Source: Methanobacteriota archaeon (lineage in GTDB: Archaea > JAADCQ01 > Methanopyri > Methanopyrales > Methanopyraceae). From it: a stretch of DNA of 64,000 bases. The stretch is taken from assembly GCA_027064425.1 (NCBI GenBank), contig JAMOPO010000052.1, positions 96,001 through 160,000 of the forward strand, in the 5' to 3' direction. Under the pieces are notes generated by a model, which saw only the letters and a program-made list of their open reading frames with translations, did not search any database and had not been told where the DNA came from. The translations under genes and the position numbers were made by a program. Below, piece after piece: positions 26,488-35,123 of this stretch. Position 1 is the stretch's first letter. Every line of letters starts with the position of its first letter.

Positions 26488-27267
26488 ATGGAGGTCGAGG
26501 AGCTGACGATCCTCGGTGGAACGGACAAGGACGGCCGGCCCGAGCCCGTGGAGGAGCTCACGCTGCGGCCCGGCGACGTCGTCGCGATCGTCGGTCCGAC
26601 GGGCTCGGGCAAGTCGGCCCTGCTACGGGACGTGGAGCTCCTGGCTCAGGGCGACACGGTCACGGGTCGCCGGGTCCTGCTCAACGGTGAGCGCCCGCCC
26701 GAGGAGCTTCGGTTCGACCCGGAGCGGCGGCTGGTGGCCCACGTGACGCAGACGATGGGCTTCCTGGCGGACTGCTCGGTCCGCGAGTTCGTCGAGCTGC
26801 ACGCGGAGAGCCGGGGCGTGGACGTGGACCCCGAGGAGGTGATCGAGCTGGCCAACCGGTTCACGGGCGAGCCCATCCACCCGGACATGCACATGACGGA
26901 GCTGAGCGGCGGCCAGTCCCGCTCGCTGATGATCGCCGACGTGCTCCTGATCAGTGACTCGCCCGTGGTGCTGATCGACGAGATCGAGAACGCGGGGATC
27001 AAGAAGCGGGAGGCGCTGGAGGAGCTGACCCGGCACGACCGCATCGTGCTCCTGGTCACGCACGACCCCGCCGTGGCGCTCCGCTCGGACCTGCGCGTGG
27101 TAATGGAGAACGGAGCGATGGTGGAGCTGGTAGAGACGTCGAAGCGGGAGCGCGAGGTGGCGGAGCTGCTGGAGCGGCTCGACGCCTGGTGGCTGGAGCT
27201 GCGGGACCGGGTCCGCCGGGGCGAGCGGCTGGACGACGTGGAGCCACCGGTGGGGGCCCAGGCTTGA
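26488..27267 (+). CDS. Soluble ABC-type ATPase
   Basis: GPTGSGKS Walker A, LSGGQ signature, LIDEIEN Walker B and VTHD; no permease nearby. Confidence 0.88.
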   Translation: MEVEELTILGGTDKDGRPEPVEELTLRPGDVVAIVGPTGSGKSALLRDVELLAQGDTVTGRRVLLNGERPPEELRFDPERRLVAHVTQTMGFLADCSVREFVELHAESRGVDVDPEEVIELANRFTGEPIHPDMHMTELSGGQSRSLMIADVLLISDSPVVLIDEIENAGIKKREALEELTRHDRIVLLVTHDPAVALRSDLRVVMENGAMVELVETSKREREVAELLERLDAWWLELRDRVRRGERLDDVEPPVGAQA

Positions 27268-27974
27268 GGCTCGTGATCGTGTCCGGCACGCCGGGTGCCG
27301 GCAAGACCGCGGTCATCCTCCACGCGCTGAAGCACCTGAGGGACAGCTTCCAACCGGCGGTCGTCAAGGTGGACTGCCTGGACACGGACGATCATCGCGT
27401 GTACGAGGAGCGGCTCGGGATTCCGGCGGTTCGGGCGCTGGCCAAGGACATGTGCCCGGACCACTTCGCGGCCTACAACCTTGAGCACATGTTGCGGTGG
27501 GCGGAGGGCGAGGGCGCTGACCTCCTCGTCGTGGAGACGGCTGGCCTGTGCCTGCGGTGCGCCCCCTACGTGGACGCGTGCCTGGGCGTCTGCGTGGCGG
27601 ACGTGACCCTGGGACCCAACTCGCCCGCGAAGGTGGGTCCGTTCCTCCAGACCGCGGACGTCGTGTGCGTGAACAAGGGTGACCTCGTCTCGCAGGCGGA
27701 GCGGGAGGTGTTCATGCGCCGGGTGGCCGAGGTCAACCCGGACGCGCGCGTGATCGAGACGAACGGGCTCACCGGCGCGGGCTGCGAGCTGCTGGCACAG
27801 CTCATCGAGGAGGAGGCTCCCGAGGTCCCGGACGACCTCAATGAGGTCCGGCTACGCGAGAAGGCACCGCTCGCCGTCTGCACGCTGTGCGCGGGCGAGA
27901 CGCGCGTGGCGGCCGAGCGACACCGGGGCGTCCTCCGGCGGATCGACGGGTCCATGGAGTACCGGGGTGAGTGA
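27264..27974 (+). CDS. HypB/UreG-like G3E GTPase
   Basis: [33 protein letters not shown] and C-terminal CTLC motifs. Confidence 0.85.
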   Translation: MRLVIVSGTPGAGKTAVILHALKHLRDSFQPAVVKVDCLDTDDHRVYEERLGIPAVRALAKDMCPDHFAAYNLEHMLRWAEGEGADLLVVETAGLCLRCAPYVDACLGVCVADVTLGPNSPAKVGPFLQTADVVCVNKGDLVSQAEREVFMRRVAEVNPDARVIETNGLTGAGCELLAQLIEEEAPEVPDDLNEVRLREKAPLAVCTLCAGETRVAAERHRGVLRRIDGSMEYRGE

Positions 27975-28635
27975 CGTGGCGGCCGAGCGCATCGCCGACC
28001 TCCTACCCGGCTTCCACTGCGGCGCCTGCGGATACGACCGTTGCGACGACTTCGCCCGCGCACTGGTTCGCGGCGAGGCCGACATCAGCGACTGCCCGTA
28101 CCTACGGACCGAGCGGTTCGAGGAACAGCGCCGTCGGATCCTGGAGCTGCTCGGTGAGCTCGAGGAAGAGGAGGAGAAGGAGGAGATCCGAGGCGTTCTC
28201 GACGACTACGAGGCCGACCTGGTCCTGGCCCCACTCCCCGACGAGCCGGCCTGCCGGGAGACCCTTCACCCGTTCGACCCGGACGCGGACGTCGAGGAGG
28301 GAGAGGTGATCCGGTACCGGCCCTGGGGCTGCCCGATCACCCACTTCGCCCGGGTGCTGCGCGCGGAGAAGGGGTTACTCACGGTGCACGTGGTGGGGCC
28401 CAGGCACCGGCTCGGTGAGGAGGACTTCGAGTTCCGGGACGTCGGCCTGTGCCTGGTGGTCGGGTTCGAGGGCGTGGTCAAGGAGGGCCGGGTGCCGGAC
28501 GTTGGGGAGACCGTGCGGTTCCTCCCCGAGCACTGCATGATGCAGAAGGTGCACTCGGGCGTGGTCGTGGAGGCCGTCGGCGATCGGGTCGTCATCGAGT
28601 GCATCGACCTGAAGGTGTGGGCGCCGCCCCGGTAA
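27967..28635 (+). CDS. Fe-S binding protein (N-terminal FeS domain CxxCxxxxC...C)
   Basis: [15 protein letters not shown]...CP; PACRE, GCPITH and HCMMQKVH. Confidence 0.82.
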   Translation: MSDVAAERIADLLPGFHCGACGYDRCDDFARALVRGEADISDCPYLRTERFEEQRRRILELLGELEEEEEKEEIRGVLDDYEADLVLAPLPDEPACRETLHPFDPDADVEEGEVIRYRPWGCPITHFARVLRAEKGLLTVHVVGPRHRLGEEDFEFRDVGLCLVVGFEGVVKEGRVPDVGETVRFLPEHCMMQKVHSGVVVEAVGDRVVIECIDLKVWAPPR

Positions 28636-28637
28636 CC

Positions 28638-28734
28638 GCAAGCGAGTTGAACCCGGGTGTGGCGAGACGCCCGGGTGATGGGGAGCGAGGAACCCTGCCG
28701 AGCCGCCGGCGGTGAGGAAGGGTCGACTTGCCGA
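28638..28734 (+). ncRNA. Candidate structured K-turn/C-D-like RNA between convergent genes
   Basis: TTGA-cccgggtgt/acgcccggg-TGATG hairpin; CCGA-gccgccggc-GTGAGGA - 12 nt - CCGA; gcaag/cttgc closing stem. Confidence 0.45.
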
Positions 28735-29643
28735 CTACTCCAGCTCCTCCCACCTGCGCACGTTCTCCTCGCCCGGCTTCCACTCGGCGGCGACGTTGTC
28801 TCCCACGCTCACGCCCAGCTCCCTCGCCACCGGCTCGCACTTCGCTCGGAGCAGAAAGTACACGGGAACGTCCGGGAAGGGCTCCTCCGGGATCGACTCG
28901 AAGTTCCCCTGCCCCTTGGACAGTACCAGGTCGGCGCTCTCCAGCGCCTCGCGCAGCTCGGACCCCGCCTCGGTCACCAGCAAACCCAGCATCTCAGCCC
29001 CGGTGTCGATGACCTCGCACACATCCGTCAGCCCGACCTCCCGGGCATCCTCCAGCGTCGCGTCGTTGACGATCGGGGCGCCCCGAACCACCGCGATGAC
29101 CTCCGCCTCCAGGTCCTCCGTGAGCACCTCGATCAGGAGCCGGTCGAAGGCGATCTCGCCGGCGTTGTCGCACAGGTACACGATCCTCTTCCCGCGCAGC
29201 TCGTCCGGGTCCAGGTCGTACACGGCGAACTCGGGCTTCCGCACCTCCTCGCGCAGCTCCTCAACGTCGAACTCGTGCCCGGCCACCGCGAAATCGATCG
29301 TGTTGCCCACGATCGCCGCTGCGGCCGCTCGCCTCAGCCGCTCCTCGGGGTCCAGCCCCTCCAGCACCCGCTCAAGCTTTTCCACGAGCTCCAAGGCGAC
29401 CCGGTTGGCCCGCCTCTTCTCCTCCTCGTAGGGGTCCTCGTCCTCGGCGTACTTCATCACGGCCCGCTGGGCCTCCGTGCCCAGGCGCGGGGGCTGCGGT
29501 GTGGGCTCGCGCTCGTAGAGCTCCAGCACCCGTCGGGTGGCCTCCGCGATCGCCCGCCCCCTGTCCTCCCTCGGAACGGCCCTGTTGATCGTGTTGACCG
29601 CGATCTCCAGCACGCAGGGGATGCACTCCGGGACCGCCCGCAG
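28735..29643 (-). CDS. DUF89/ARMT1-like damage-control phosphatase
   Basis: PECIPC, DPYEEEK, GNTIDF, DNAGEIAFD, PIVNDAT, KGQGNFE and AKC motifs; CTG start at 29643 inferred. Confidence 0.9.
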   Translation of the reverse strand: MRAVPECIPCVLEIAVNTINRAVPREDRGRAIAEATRRVLELYEREPTPQPPRLGTEAQRAVMKYAEDEDPYEEEKRRANRVALELVEKLERVLEGLDPEERLRRAAAAAIVGNTIDFAVAGHEFDVEELREEVRKPEFAVYDLDPDELRGKRIVYLCDNAGEIAFDRLLIEVLTEDLEAEVIAVVRGAPIVNDATLEDAREVGLTDVCEVIDTGAEMLGLLVTEAGSELREALESADLVLSKGQGNFESIPEEPFPDVPVYFLLRAKCEPVARELGVSVGDNVAAEWKPGEENVRRWEELE

Positions 29644-29657
29644 ACCGGCTCCCCCCG

Positions 29658-30905
29658 CTACCTGAGGAACACCCAGGCGTAGGCCTTCGGCACGTTCACG
29701 AGCTTGTCCGTGGGCCACAGCCCGATCGGTGCCGGGGAGGCTAGGCACGCCAGGATGAGGAGCAGCAGGAGCAGCGGACCCCAGTCCTTTCGCTCGTCAT
29801 CATCCAAGAACGAGCGGTCCGAGGGGATTGAGGAGGTGTACCTGAACAGCACGAACGCGGCGATGAACGCGACGTGGTACCATCGCAGGCACGCCTGCGC
29901 CAGGACCGACGCCGCTGAGAACCACTTGACGAGCCGCGTGTTGAGGTAGTAACGCATGACGTAGCCTCCTTCCAGCGGGTAGATCGGCAGGGCGGCCAGC
30001 CAGGTGACGGCCAGCCCCGCCCACCCGGCCAGCGTGAGCGGGTTCGCCTTCAGCCCCAGTTTGCCGGCCAGGAAGAGCGTCCACAGGTTGTGAACGACCT
30101 GGACCTTCACCGGAACGTGGCGCTGCAGGCTCCCCAGCACGAAAACCGCGGTGGACAGCACGAACCCCGTGGCGAGCCCGGCCACACCGATCCTGCACAG
30201 CGACTCCGACAGCATCGGCTTCACGTCGGCCCGCACGATGGACGTGTACACGCCCGGGAAGTAAAAAACCGGGAGCACCAGCGGCAGCCGCGGTCTGAGC
30301 CCCTCCCGGGCCGCCACCCGGAGCTTCGCGAGCTCCTTGCCGAAGTATATCACCGAGAACGCCAGCGCGAACTCCAGACCGTACCACGGGCTCCGGAACG
30401 CGTACCAGCCGGCCGCCCAGGCGAAGCACGGGACGGACAGCAGTAGGAGCGGCAGGTGTGCCGGCTCCTCCTCCGGCACGGCGTGCCGGACGACCCTGAT
30501 CGCGCCCGCCTCGCCCTTCGGCTCCGCCGTAAACCCCAGCTCGGCCAACCGGCGGGCCAGCTCCCGTGGATCCCCGCGCCGGTCGTACTCGAACTCGATT
30601 GACCCATCCTCGCAGATGCGATGGTCGCTAACCTCGTATCCGGCCTCCTCCAGCGCTTCCTTCAGCTCCCGCAGCTCCCCGTGGTCTGGAAACGCGCTGG
30701 GGTCCGCCTCGGTTCGGAACACGCCCTCCACGATCAGGTCGGAACCGCACTCCGGGCACCGGCCCCGACGCTCGTACACCACCTCACCCTCGTGCGGCTT
30801 GAACCGGAAGTAGTCGCACTCGGTGCACGCCAGCAGGGCGACGACGTTGTACTCCTCCTCCACCTCCTCGGTGGCGACCGGCTCAAAGGGGAGCTGCCGC
30901 CTCAA
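29658..30905 (-). CDS. Zn-ribbon + multi-TM site-2-protease homologue with degenerate catalytic motifs
   Basis: CTEC...CPEC N-terminus; KELAK at the HExxH position, IGVAGL at the IALAGP position, LPIYPLEGG at the NLLPxxxLDGG position. Confidence 0.65.
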   Translation of the reverse strand: MRRQLPFEPVATEEVEEEYNVVALLACTECDYFRFKPHEGEVVYERRGRCPECGSDLIVEGVFRTEADPSAFPDHGELRELKEALEEAGYEVSDHRICEDGSIEFEYDRRGDPRELARRLAELGFTAEPKGEAGAIRVVRHAVPEEEPAHLPLLLLSVPCFAWAAGWYAFRSPWYGLEFALAFSVIYFGKELAKLRVAAREGLRPRLPLVLPVFYFPGVYTSIVRADVKPMLSESLCRIGVAGLATGFVLSTAVFVLGSLQRHVPVKVQVVHNLWTLFLAGKLGLKANPLTLAGWAGLAVTWLAALPIYPLEGGYVMRYYLNTRLVKWFSAASVLAQACLRWYHVAFIAAFVLFRYTSSIPSDRSFLDDDERKDWGPLLLLLLILACLASPAPIGLWPTDKLVNVPKAYAWVFLR

Positions 30906-30907
30906 CG

Positions 30908-31330
30908 CTACTCGTCCCCTACCACCGTGACCAGGACCCGTCTCGTTCGTGGTCCATCGAGCTCCACGAACAGCACCGACTGCCAGGTCCCCAGCACCGG
31001 AGCACCGTCCGAGACGGGAAGGGTGACGGAGGATCCCAGCAGGATCGCCCGGAGGTGAGCGTCCGCGTTGTTGTCAACCTTGTCGTGCTCGTACCCCGCA
31101 CCCTCCGGGACCAGGTCCTCGAGCTTGTTGACCACGTCCTTGAGCAGGCCGGACTCCGGCTCGTTCACGATCACACCTGCCGTCGTGTGCCGGGAGTACA
31201 CGTGCACGATGCCCTCGCGGATGCCGCTCCCCTCCACCGCCTCCCTCACATCGTCCGTGATGTCCACGAGTTGAACGCGCCGCTCGGTCTTTACCGTCAG
31301 CTCCGTGCGGTACACCGCCAAACCGCACAC
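30908..31330 (-). CDS. yjbQ: YjbQ/UPF0047 family protein
   Basis: DITDDV, HTTAGVIVNE, YEHD..DNNADAHL and LGTWQSVLFVELDGPR motifs. Confidence 0.92.
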   Translation of the reverse strand: MCGLAVYRTELTVKTERRVQLVDITDDVREAVEGSGIREGIVHVYSRHTTAGVIVNEPESGLLKDVVNKLEDLVPEGAGYEHDKVDNNADAHLRAILLGSSVTLPVSDGAPVLGTWQSVLFVELDGPRTRRVLVTVVGDE

Positions 31331-31350
31331 CCCGGGGGGATGACGCTGTC

Positions 31351-32073
31351 GTGCCGCTACCCACCCCGCACGTGGAGCAGCCCCTGAAGCTCATCGGCTC
31401 GGTCGTTATAGCGTTGATCCTGGTCAAACTCGCCGCCCGAGCGGCCGGGACCATCCGGGACCGGCTGGAACGGGAGGACCTCCCCGACCTAGCCTGGTGG
31501 GCCGAGAAGTCCATCCTGTACGGCACCTACCTGATCGCGCTGACGACCGTCCTGGAGTCGCTCGGAATCAGCATCTGGGCCCTAATCACCGGCCTCGGGC
31601 TGGCCGGGGCCGGAGTCGCCGTAGCCGCCAGGAAGCTCCTCGCCAACATCATCTCGGGCCTCTACCTCGCCGTAGAGCGCCCCTTCGAGGTGGGCGACCG
31701 CATCCGAGTGGGCGACTATCAAGGCGAGGTGGTGGACATCCGCGTCCGATGCACCGTGCTCCGTCACCGCGGTCGAGACCTCATCGTCCCGAACTCCATC
31801 CTCGTCGAGGAGACGGTCGAGCGGCTCGACGCGAGGGAGGAGGTCGACCTGCGCGTCCGCGTCCCGGGCCCCGCGACCGAGGTCAGGCGCCTGATCGACC
31901 GGCTGGAGGAGGAACTTAAAAAGGCCGGGGCGGAGCACCTGAGCCTGGAGGTCGAGCACCTGGAGCCCGGGGAGGCCCGGCTGCGGATCCGCTCCCTCGG
32001 ATTGCCCAGGGAGCGGGTTCAGGAGGTTGTCGACAGTATTCTAGTGAAGAGGCCTGGCGGGACGGACCGCTGA
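31351..32073 (+). CDS. MscS-family small-conductance mechanosensitive channel
   Basis: TM segments; LANIISGLYL..ERPFEVGDRI.VGDYQGEV.DI...VPNS. Confidence 0.88.
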   Translation: MPLPTPHVEQPLKLIGSVVIALILVKLAARAAGTIRDRLEREDLPDLAWWAEKSILYGTYLIALTTVLESLGISIWALITGLGLAGAGVAVAARKLLANIISGLYLAVERPFEVGDRIRVGDYQGEVVDIRVRCTVLRHRGRDLIVPNSILVEETVERLDAREEVDLRVRVPGPATEVRRLIDRLEEELKKAGAEHLSLEVEHLEPGEARLRIRSLGLPRERVQEVVDSILVKRPGGTDR

Positions 32074-32155
32074 GGGATGACGACTACGGGAGCCGGGAGC
32101 GGATCCCGCCCCCCTCTGCTTACGAACCCGACAAGGCCGGGCGGGAGGGGATAGC

Positions 32156-33064
32156 GTGACCGAGCTCGAGGTGAACGGGGTGCCGGTGGAGGACACGTAC
32201 TGCGAGGCGTTCAAGGGCCTCTACGCCCGGTTCATCGTGACCGCGGCCGACGAGCGTCCGCTGAAGGAGGCCGCCGAAAACGTCGCCGCCCTGCCCGCCA
32301 CCGTGTTCGGCGAGTCGGAGGCGGGCGTCGAGCGCTGGCTCGACGAGGACGAGACCCCGGACGGCCGACCCGGGTTCATCGCGCAGGTGTGGGTCGAGCA
32401 CGGGGATAAGGCCGTCGAGAAGCTCGAGCGGGAGCTGGGCAAGCGGATCCGCCAGGGCGTCCTCGTGCGCCCCACCACCCGAGTCTTCGACGCCTGCGAG
32501 GACCCGGTCGGCTACATCGACACCGAGCGCCCCATCGGGCGCTGCGGGGACGGGTACGAGTACACCGACGTCAAGTTCGGCCGCGAGGTCGTCAACATCC
32601 CGATCATGATGGGGGAGTTCCAGATCGAGCGACGCCTGGGCTACGGCGAGGGAGTTGCCGGGGGCCTCGTCTGGCTCTTCTGCGAGGACACGGAGGCGGC
32701 CCTGGAGGCCGGATACCGCGCGGTCGACGCGCTCAAGGATCTCGAGGGCGTCATCACCCCGTTCAACGTCTGCGCCGCGGGGTCCAAGCCCGAGACCATC
32801 TACCCCGACATCGGACCCACCACCAACCACCCGTACTGCCCCACGCTCCGGGACCGGATCCTGGACTCCAAGGTGCCCGAAGGCGTGGAGGCGATCCCGG
32901 AGATCGTGATCAACGGAGTCTCCCTGGACGCCGTCAAGAAGGCCATCCGTATCGCCATCGAGGCGGCGACCGAGGTCGATGGCGTGGTCAAGGTCACCGC
33001 CGGGAACTTCGGAGGCAAGCTCGGCGACTATCGAATCCCGCTCCGGGAGTGCCTGCGAGAATGA
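32156..33064 (+). CDS. Formylmethanofuran:H4MPT formyltransferase-like paralogue (EhaS/Ftr-2 type)
   Basis: VNGVPVEDTYCEAF, ETPDGRPG, GVAGG, TTNHPYCPTL, EIVING and AGNFGGKLG motifs; divergent from canonical Ftr. Confidence 0.85.
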   Translation: MTELEVNGVPVEDTYCEAFKGLYARFIVTAADERPLKEAAENVAALPATVFGESEAGVERWLDEDETPDGRPGFIAQVWVEHGDKAVEKLERELGKRIRQGVLVRPTTRVFDACEDPVGYIDTERPIGRCGDGYEYTDVKFGREVVNIPIMMGEFQIERRLGYGEGVAGGLVWLFCEDTEAALEAGYRAVDALKDLEGVITPFNVCAAGSKPETIYPDIGPTTNHPYCPTLRDRILDSKVPEGVEAIPEIVINGVSLDAVKKAIRIAIEAATEVDGVVKVTAGNFGGKLGDYRIPLRECLRE

Positions 33065-33951
33065 GCGTGGAGGTCGTCGGACTCGGCGCCATCAACGTGG
33101 ACGAGCTCCTGCACCTCCCTCGAATGCCGGAGGAGGACGACTCCGTCCCCGTCGAGCGGCACGAGCGCCGCGGCGGCGGGTCCGCCGCCAACACCGTCTG
33201 CTGGCTCGCCCACCTCGGTCGCCGCACCGGCTTCGTCGGCAAGGTCGGGAGCGACGACCTGGCCGAGTTCGCGCTCCGAGAGTTCGAGAAGTACGGCGTT
33301 GACACCTCCAGGATCGTCCAAGGCGAGGGGCGCACGGGCGTCGCCTACTGCCTGATCTCCGGGAGCGACCGCCGCATCCTCGTGGATCCCGGCGTCAACG
33401 ACGAGCTGCGCGTCGAGGACGTGGACCTGGACTACATCCTCGAGGCCGAGCTCCTCCACACCAGCTCCTTCATCGGCCTCCGGACCGAGACCTCGCTGGA
33501 GACGCTGCTGACCGTCATGCGCGAGGCCAGCGGCGAGATCGCCGTCACCTTCACCCCCGCCACCATGGTTCTCCGCGGCTACAGCTACCTCGAACCCTAC
33601 CTCCGCGCCGCCGACGTGGTGTTCCTGAACGAGACCGAAGCCAAGCAGCTCACCGGCAGCGTCGAGGACACCCTCAACCGGCTCTCCCGGCTCACCGACA
33701 TCGTGGTGGTGACCCGCGGGCCCGAGCCCGCCCTCGTACGGTGCGGGAACGAGACTCTGGAGGTCCCACCCGAGCGCGTCCCCGAGGAGGAGATCGTCGA
33801 CCCGACCGGGGCCGGCGACGCCTTCGCCGCCGGCTTCATCGACGGGCTGCTCCGCGGCGACCCACCCGACAAGTGCTGCGAGCGCGGGCACGAAGTGGCA
33901 CGAGAATGCCTCAAAGTGATGGGCTGTCGACCGGGTCTCGATAACCGGTGA
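33061..33951 (+). CDS. PfkB/ribokinase-family sugar or nucleoside kinase
   Basis: GGSAAN, GKVGSD, LNETEA and DPTGAGDAFAAGF motifs; ATGA overlap with the ftr-like gene. Confidence 0.92.
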   Translation: MSVEVVGLGAINVDELLHLPRMPEEDDSVPVERHERRGGGSAANTVCWLAHLGRRTGFVGKVGSDDLAEFALREFEKYGVDTSRIVQGEGRTGVAYCLISGSDRRILVDPGVNDELRVEDVDLDYILEAELLHTSSFIGLRTETSLETLLTVMREASGEIAVTFTPATMVLRGYSYLEPYLRAADVVFLNETEAKQLTGSVEDTLNRLSRLTDIVVVTRGPEPALVRCGNETLEVPPERVPEEEIVDPTGAGDAFAAGFIDGLLRGDPPDKCCERGHEVARECLKVMGCRPGLDNR

Positions 33952-34153
33952 GCGGGGGCGGGGCCGGTGAGCCTCCTCTGGGAGACCTGACATCCCACAA
34001 TCCCGAGCCACGTTTACCTGGCGATAACCCCAGCGGACCCCTCCTTTACCATCCTGGGCGTCCCGCTGTCGGTAATCGCTTACAGGCTACTCAAGGGCAC
34101 GCTCAAGCTTGGACGCGACCCGAGCGAACCAAGCGGTAAGGAGGGCCGAGCTC

Positions 34154-34405
34154 ATGGGTTGGGGTTACCGCAAGATTTACCACAAGAAAGTTATCCCACA
34201 CCACCATCCGGGTTACCACAAGAAGGTGATCGTGCACCACCATTACCACCATCCGCTGCTCCCATGGGGTCACCACTGGACGCACTCCTCCCACCCGGTG
34301 GTGTCAGCGCACCACGGTCACGGGGTTTCGGTAACTCTTCCAGTGATCCTGCTGGGACTCCTGCTCGCCCTGCTGCTCGCCTCGGCCCGCCCTACTTCCG
34401 AATGA
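34154..34405 (+). CDS. Small His-rich protein with C-terminal TM anchor
   Basis: aaggaggg SD ahead of ATG 34154; YHKKVI repeat; many His residues; PVILLGLLLALLLA tail. Confidence 0.6.
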   Translation: MGWGYRKIYHKKVIPHHHPGYHKKVIVHHHYHHPLLPWGHHWTHSSHPVVSAHHGHGVSVTLPVILLGLLLALLLASARPTSE

Positions 34406-35123
34406 ACCCCGCCAGCTTGTGCACCTGCGGTAGGATCCGGACCTCCGACTTCACCCCCCTCGCCAGCCCCCACAGCTCCCCCAGCCCGGGCTCCTTCTCA
34501 CCGTCCGTAGCCGGTTGCAGGACGATGGTGTCCAACTCCAGCCCATCGAGCCTCTCAAGGACGTCCGGAGCAATCTCGAAACACTCCTCCGAGTACAGCA
34601 CCAGCTTGGCGTAGACCAGCTCGCAGCGCTCCCTGACGCGCTCCAGGAACTCCAGGCACCGATCCGGAAATCCCTCCATTCTGGGACCGTGAGACGGCAG
34701 CTTCACGTCCGCCGAGACAATGTCCACCTCGACCCTCTCGGCCCGGTCCGGAAGGGAGGCGTTCGTTTCAAGGAGGACCCGGAAGCCACGCTCTCTCAGC
34801 TCCCTGATCAGCCTCTGTAGCGCGCTAAGGGGCTGCACCAGCGGCTCGCCACCCGTGAGCGAGACGGTGCGGAACGCCCCCACCTCCTCCTCCAGGCTAA
34901 CAACGGCCTCAACGAGCCGATCGGGCCGCGCCGGGCTGTCCACGGTGCCCAGCTCCTCGCCGTCCGGGTCGAGCACGGGCGCCTCAGGGCGCGCGCTCCG
35001 GGACGCCGGCTCGTCGCAGTAGTGGCAGCTCAGGTTGCACCCGGAGAACCGGATGAAGGACTGGGGCTCTCCGACCAGGGGCCCCTCTCCCTGAACCGAG
35101 GCGAAGACCTCGTACACGTTCAG
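34392..35123 (-). CDS. queE: 7-carboxy-7-deazaguanine synthase (radical SAM)
   Basis: EVFASVQGEG, IRFSGCNLSCHYCD, LTGGEP, LETN and PQVHK motifs; start is CTG 35123 or TTG 35159. Confidence 0.88.
   Translation of the reverse strand: MNVYEVFASVQGEGPLVGEPQSFIRFSGCNLSCHYCDEPASRSARPEAPVLDPDGEELGTVDSPARPDRLVEAVVSLEEEVGAFRTVSLTGGEPLVQPLSALQRLIRELRERGFRVLLETNASLPDRAERVEVDIVSADVKLPSHGPRMEGFPDRCLEFLERVRERCELVYAKLVLYSEECFEIAPDVLERLDGLELDTIVLQPATDGEKEPGLGELWGLARGVKSEVRILPQVHKLAGFIRK

Noticed and set aside
28647-28680. Possible archaeal SECIS (GAA followed by a GC stem)
   Set aside because: No in-frame UGA in the upstream genes, no opposing A bulge and no lower stem; better explained as a K-turn-like unit
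33967-34158. GTG-started frame with in-frame TGA at 33988 (VSLLWET*HPTIPSHVYLAITP...) as a selenoprotein or readthrough gene
   Set aside because: No redox motif or SECIS; the frame runs on through the His-rich ORF and into queE antisense; at most a decayed gene fragment
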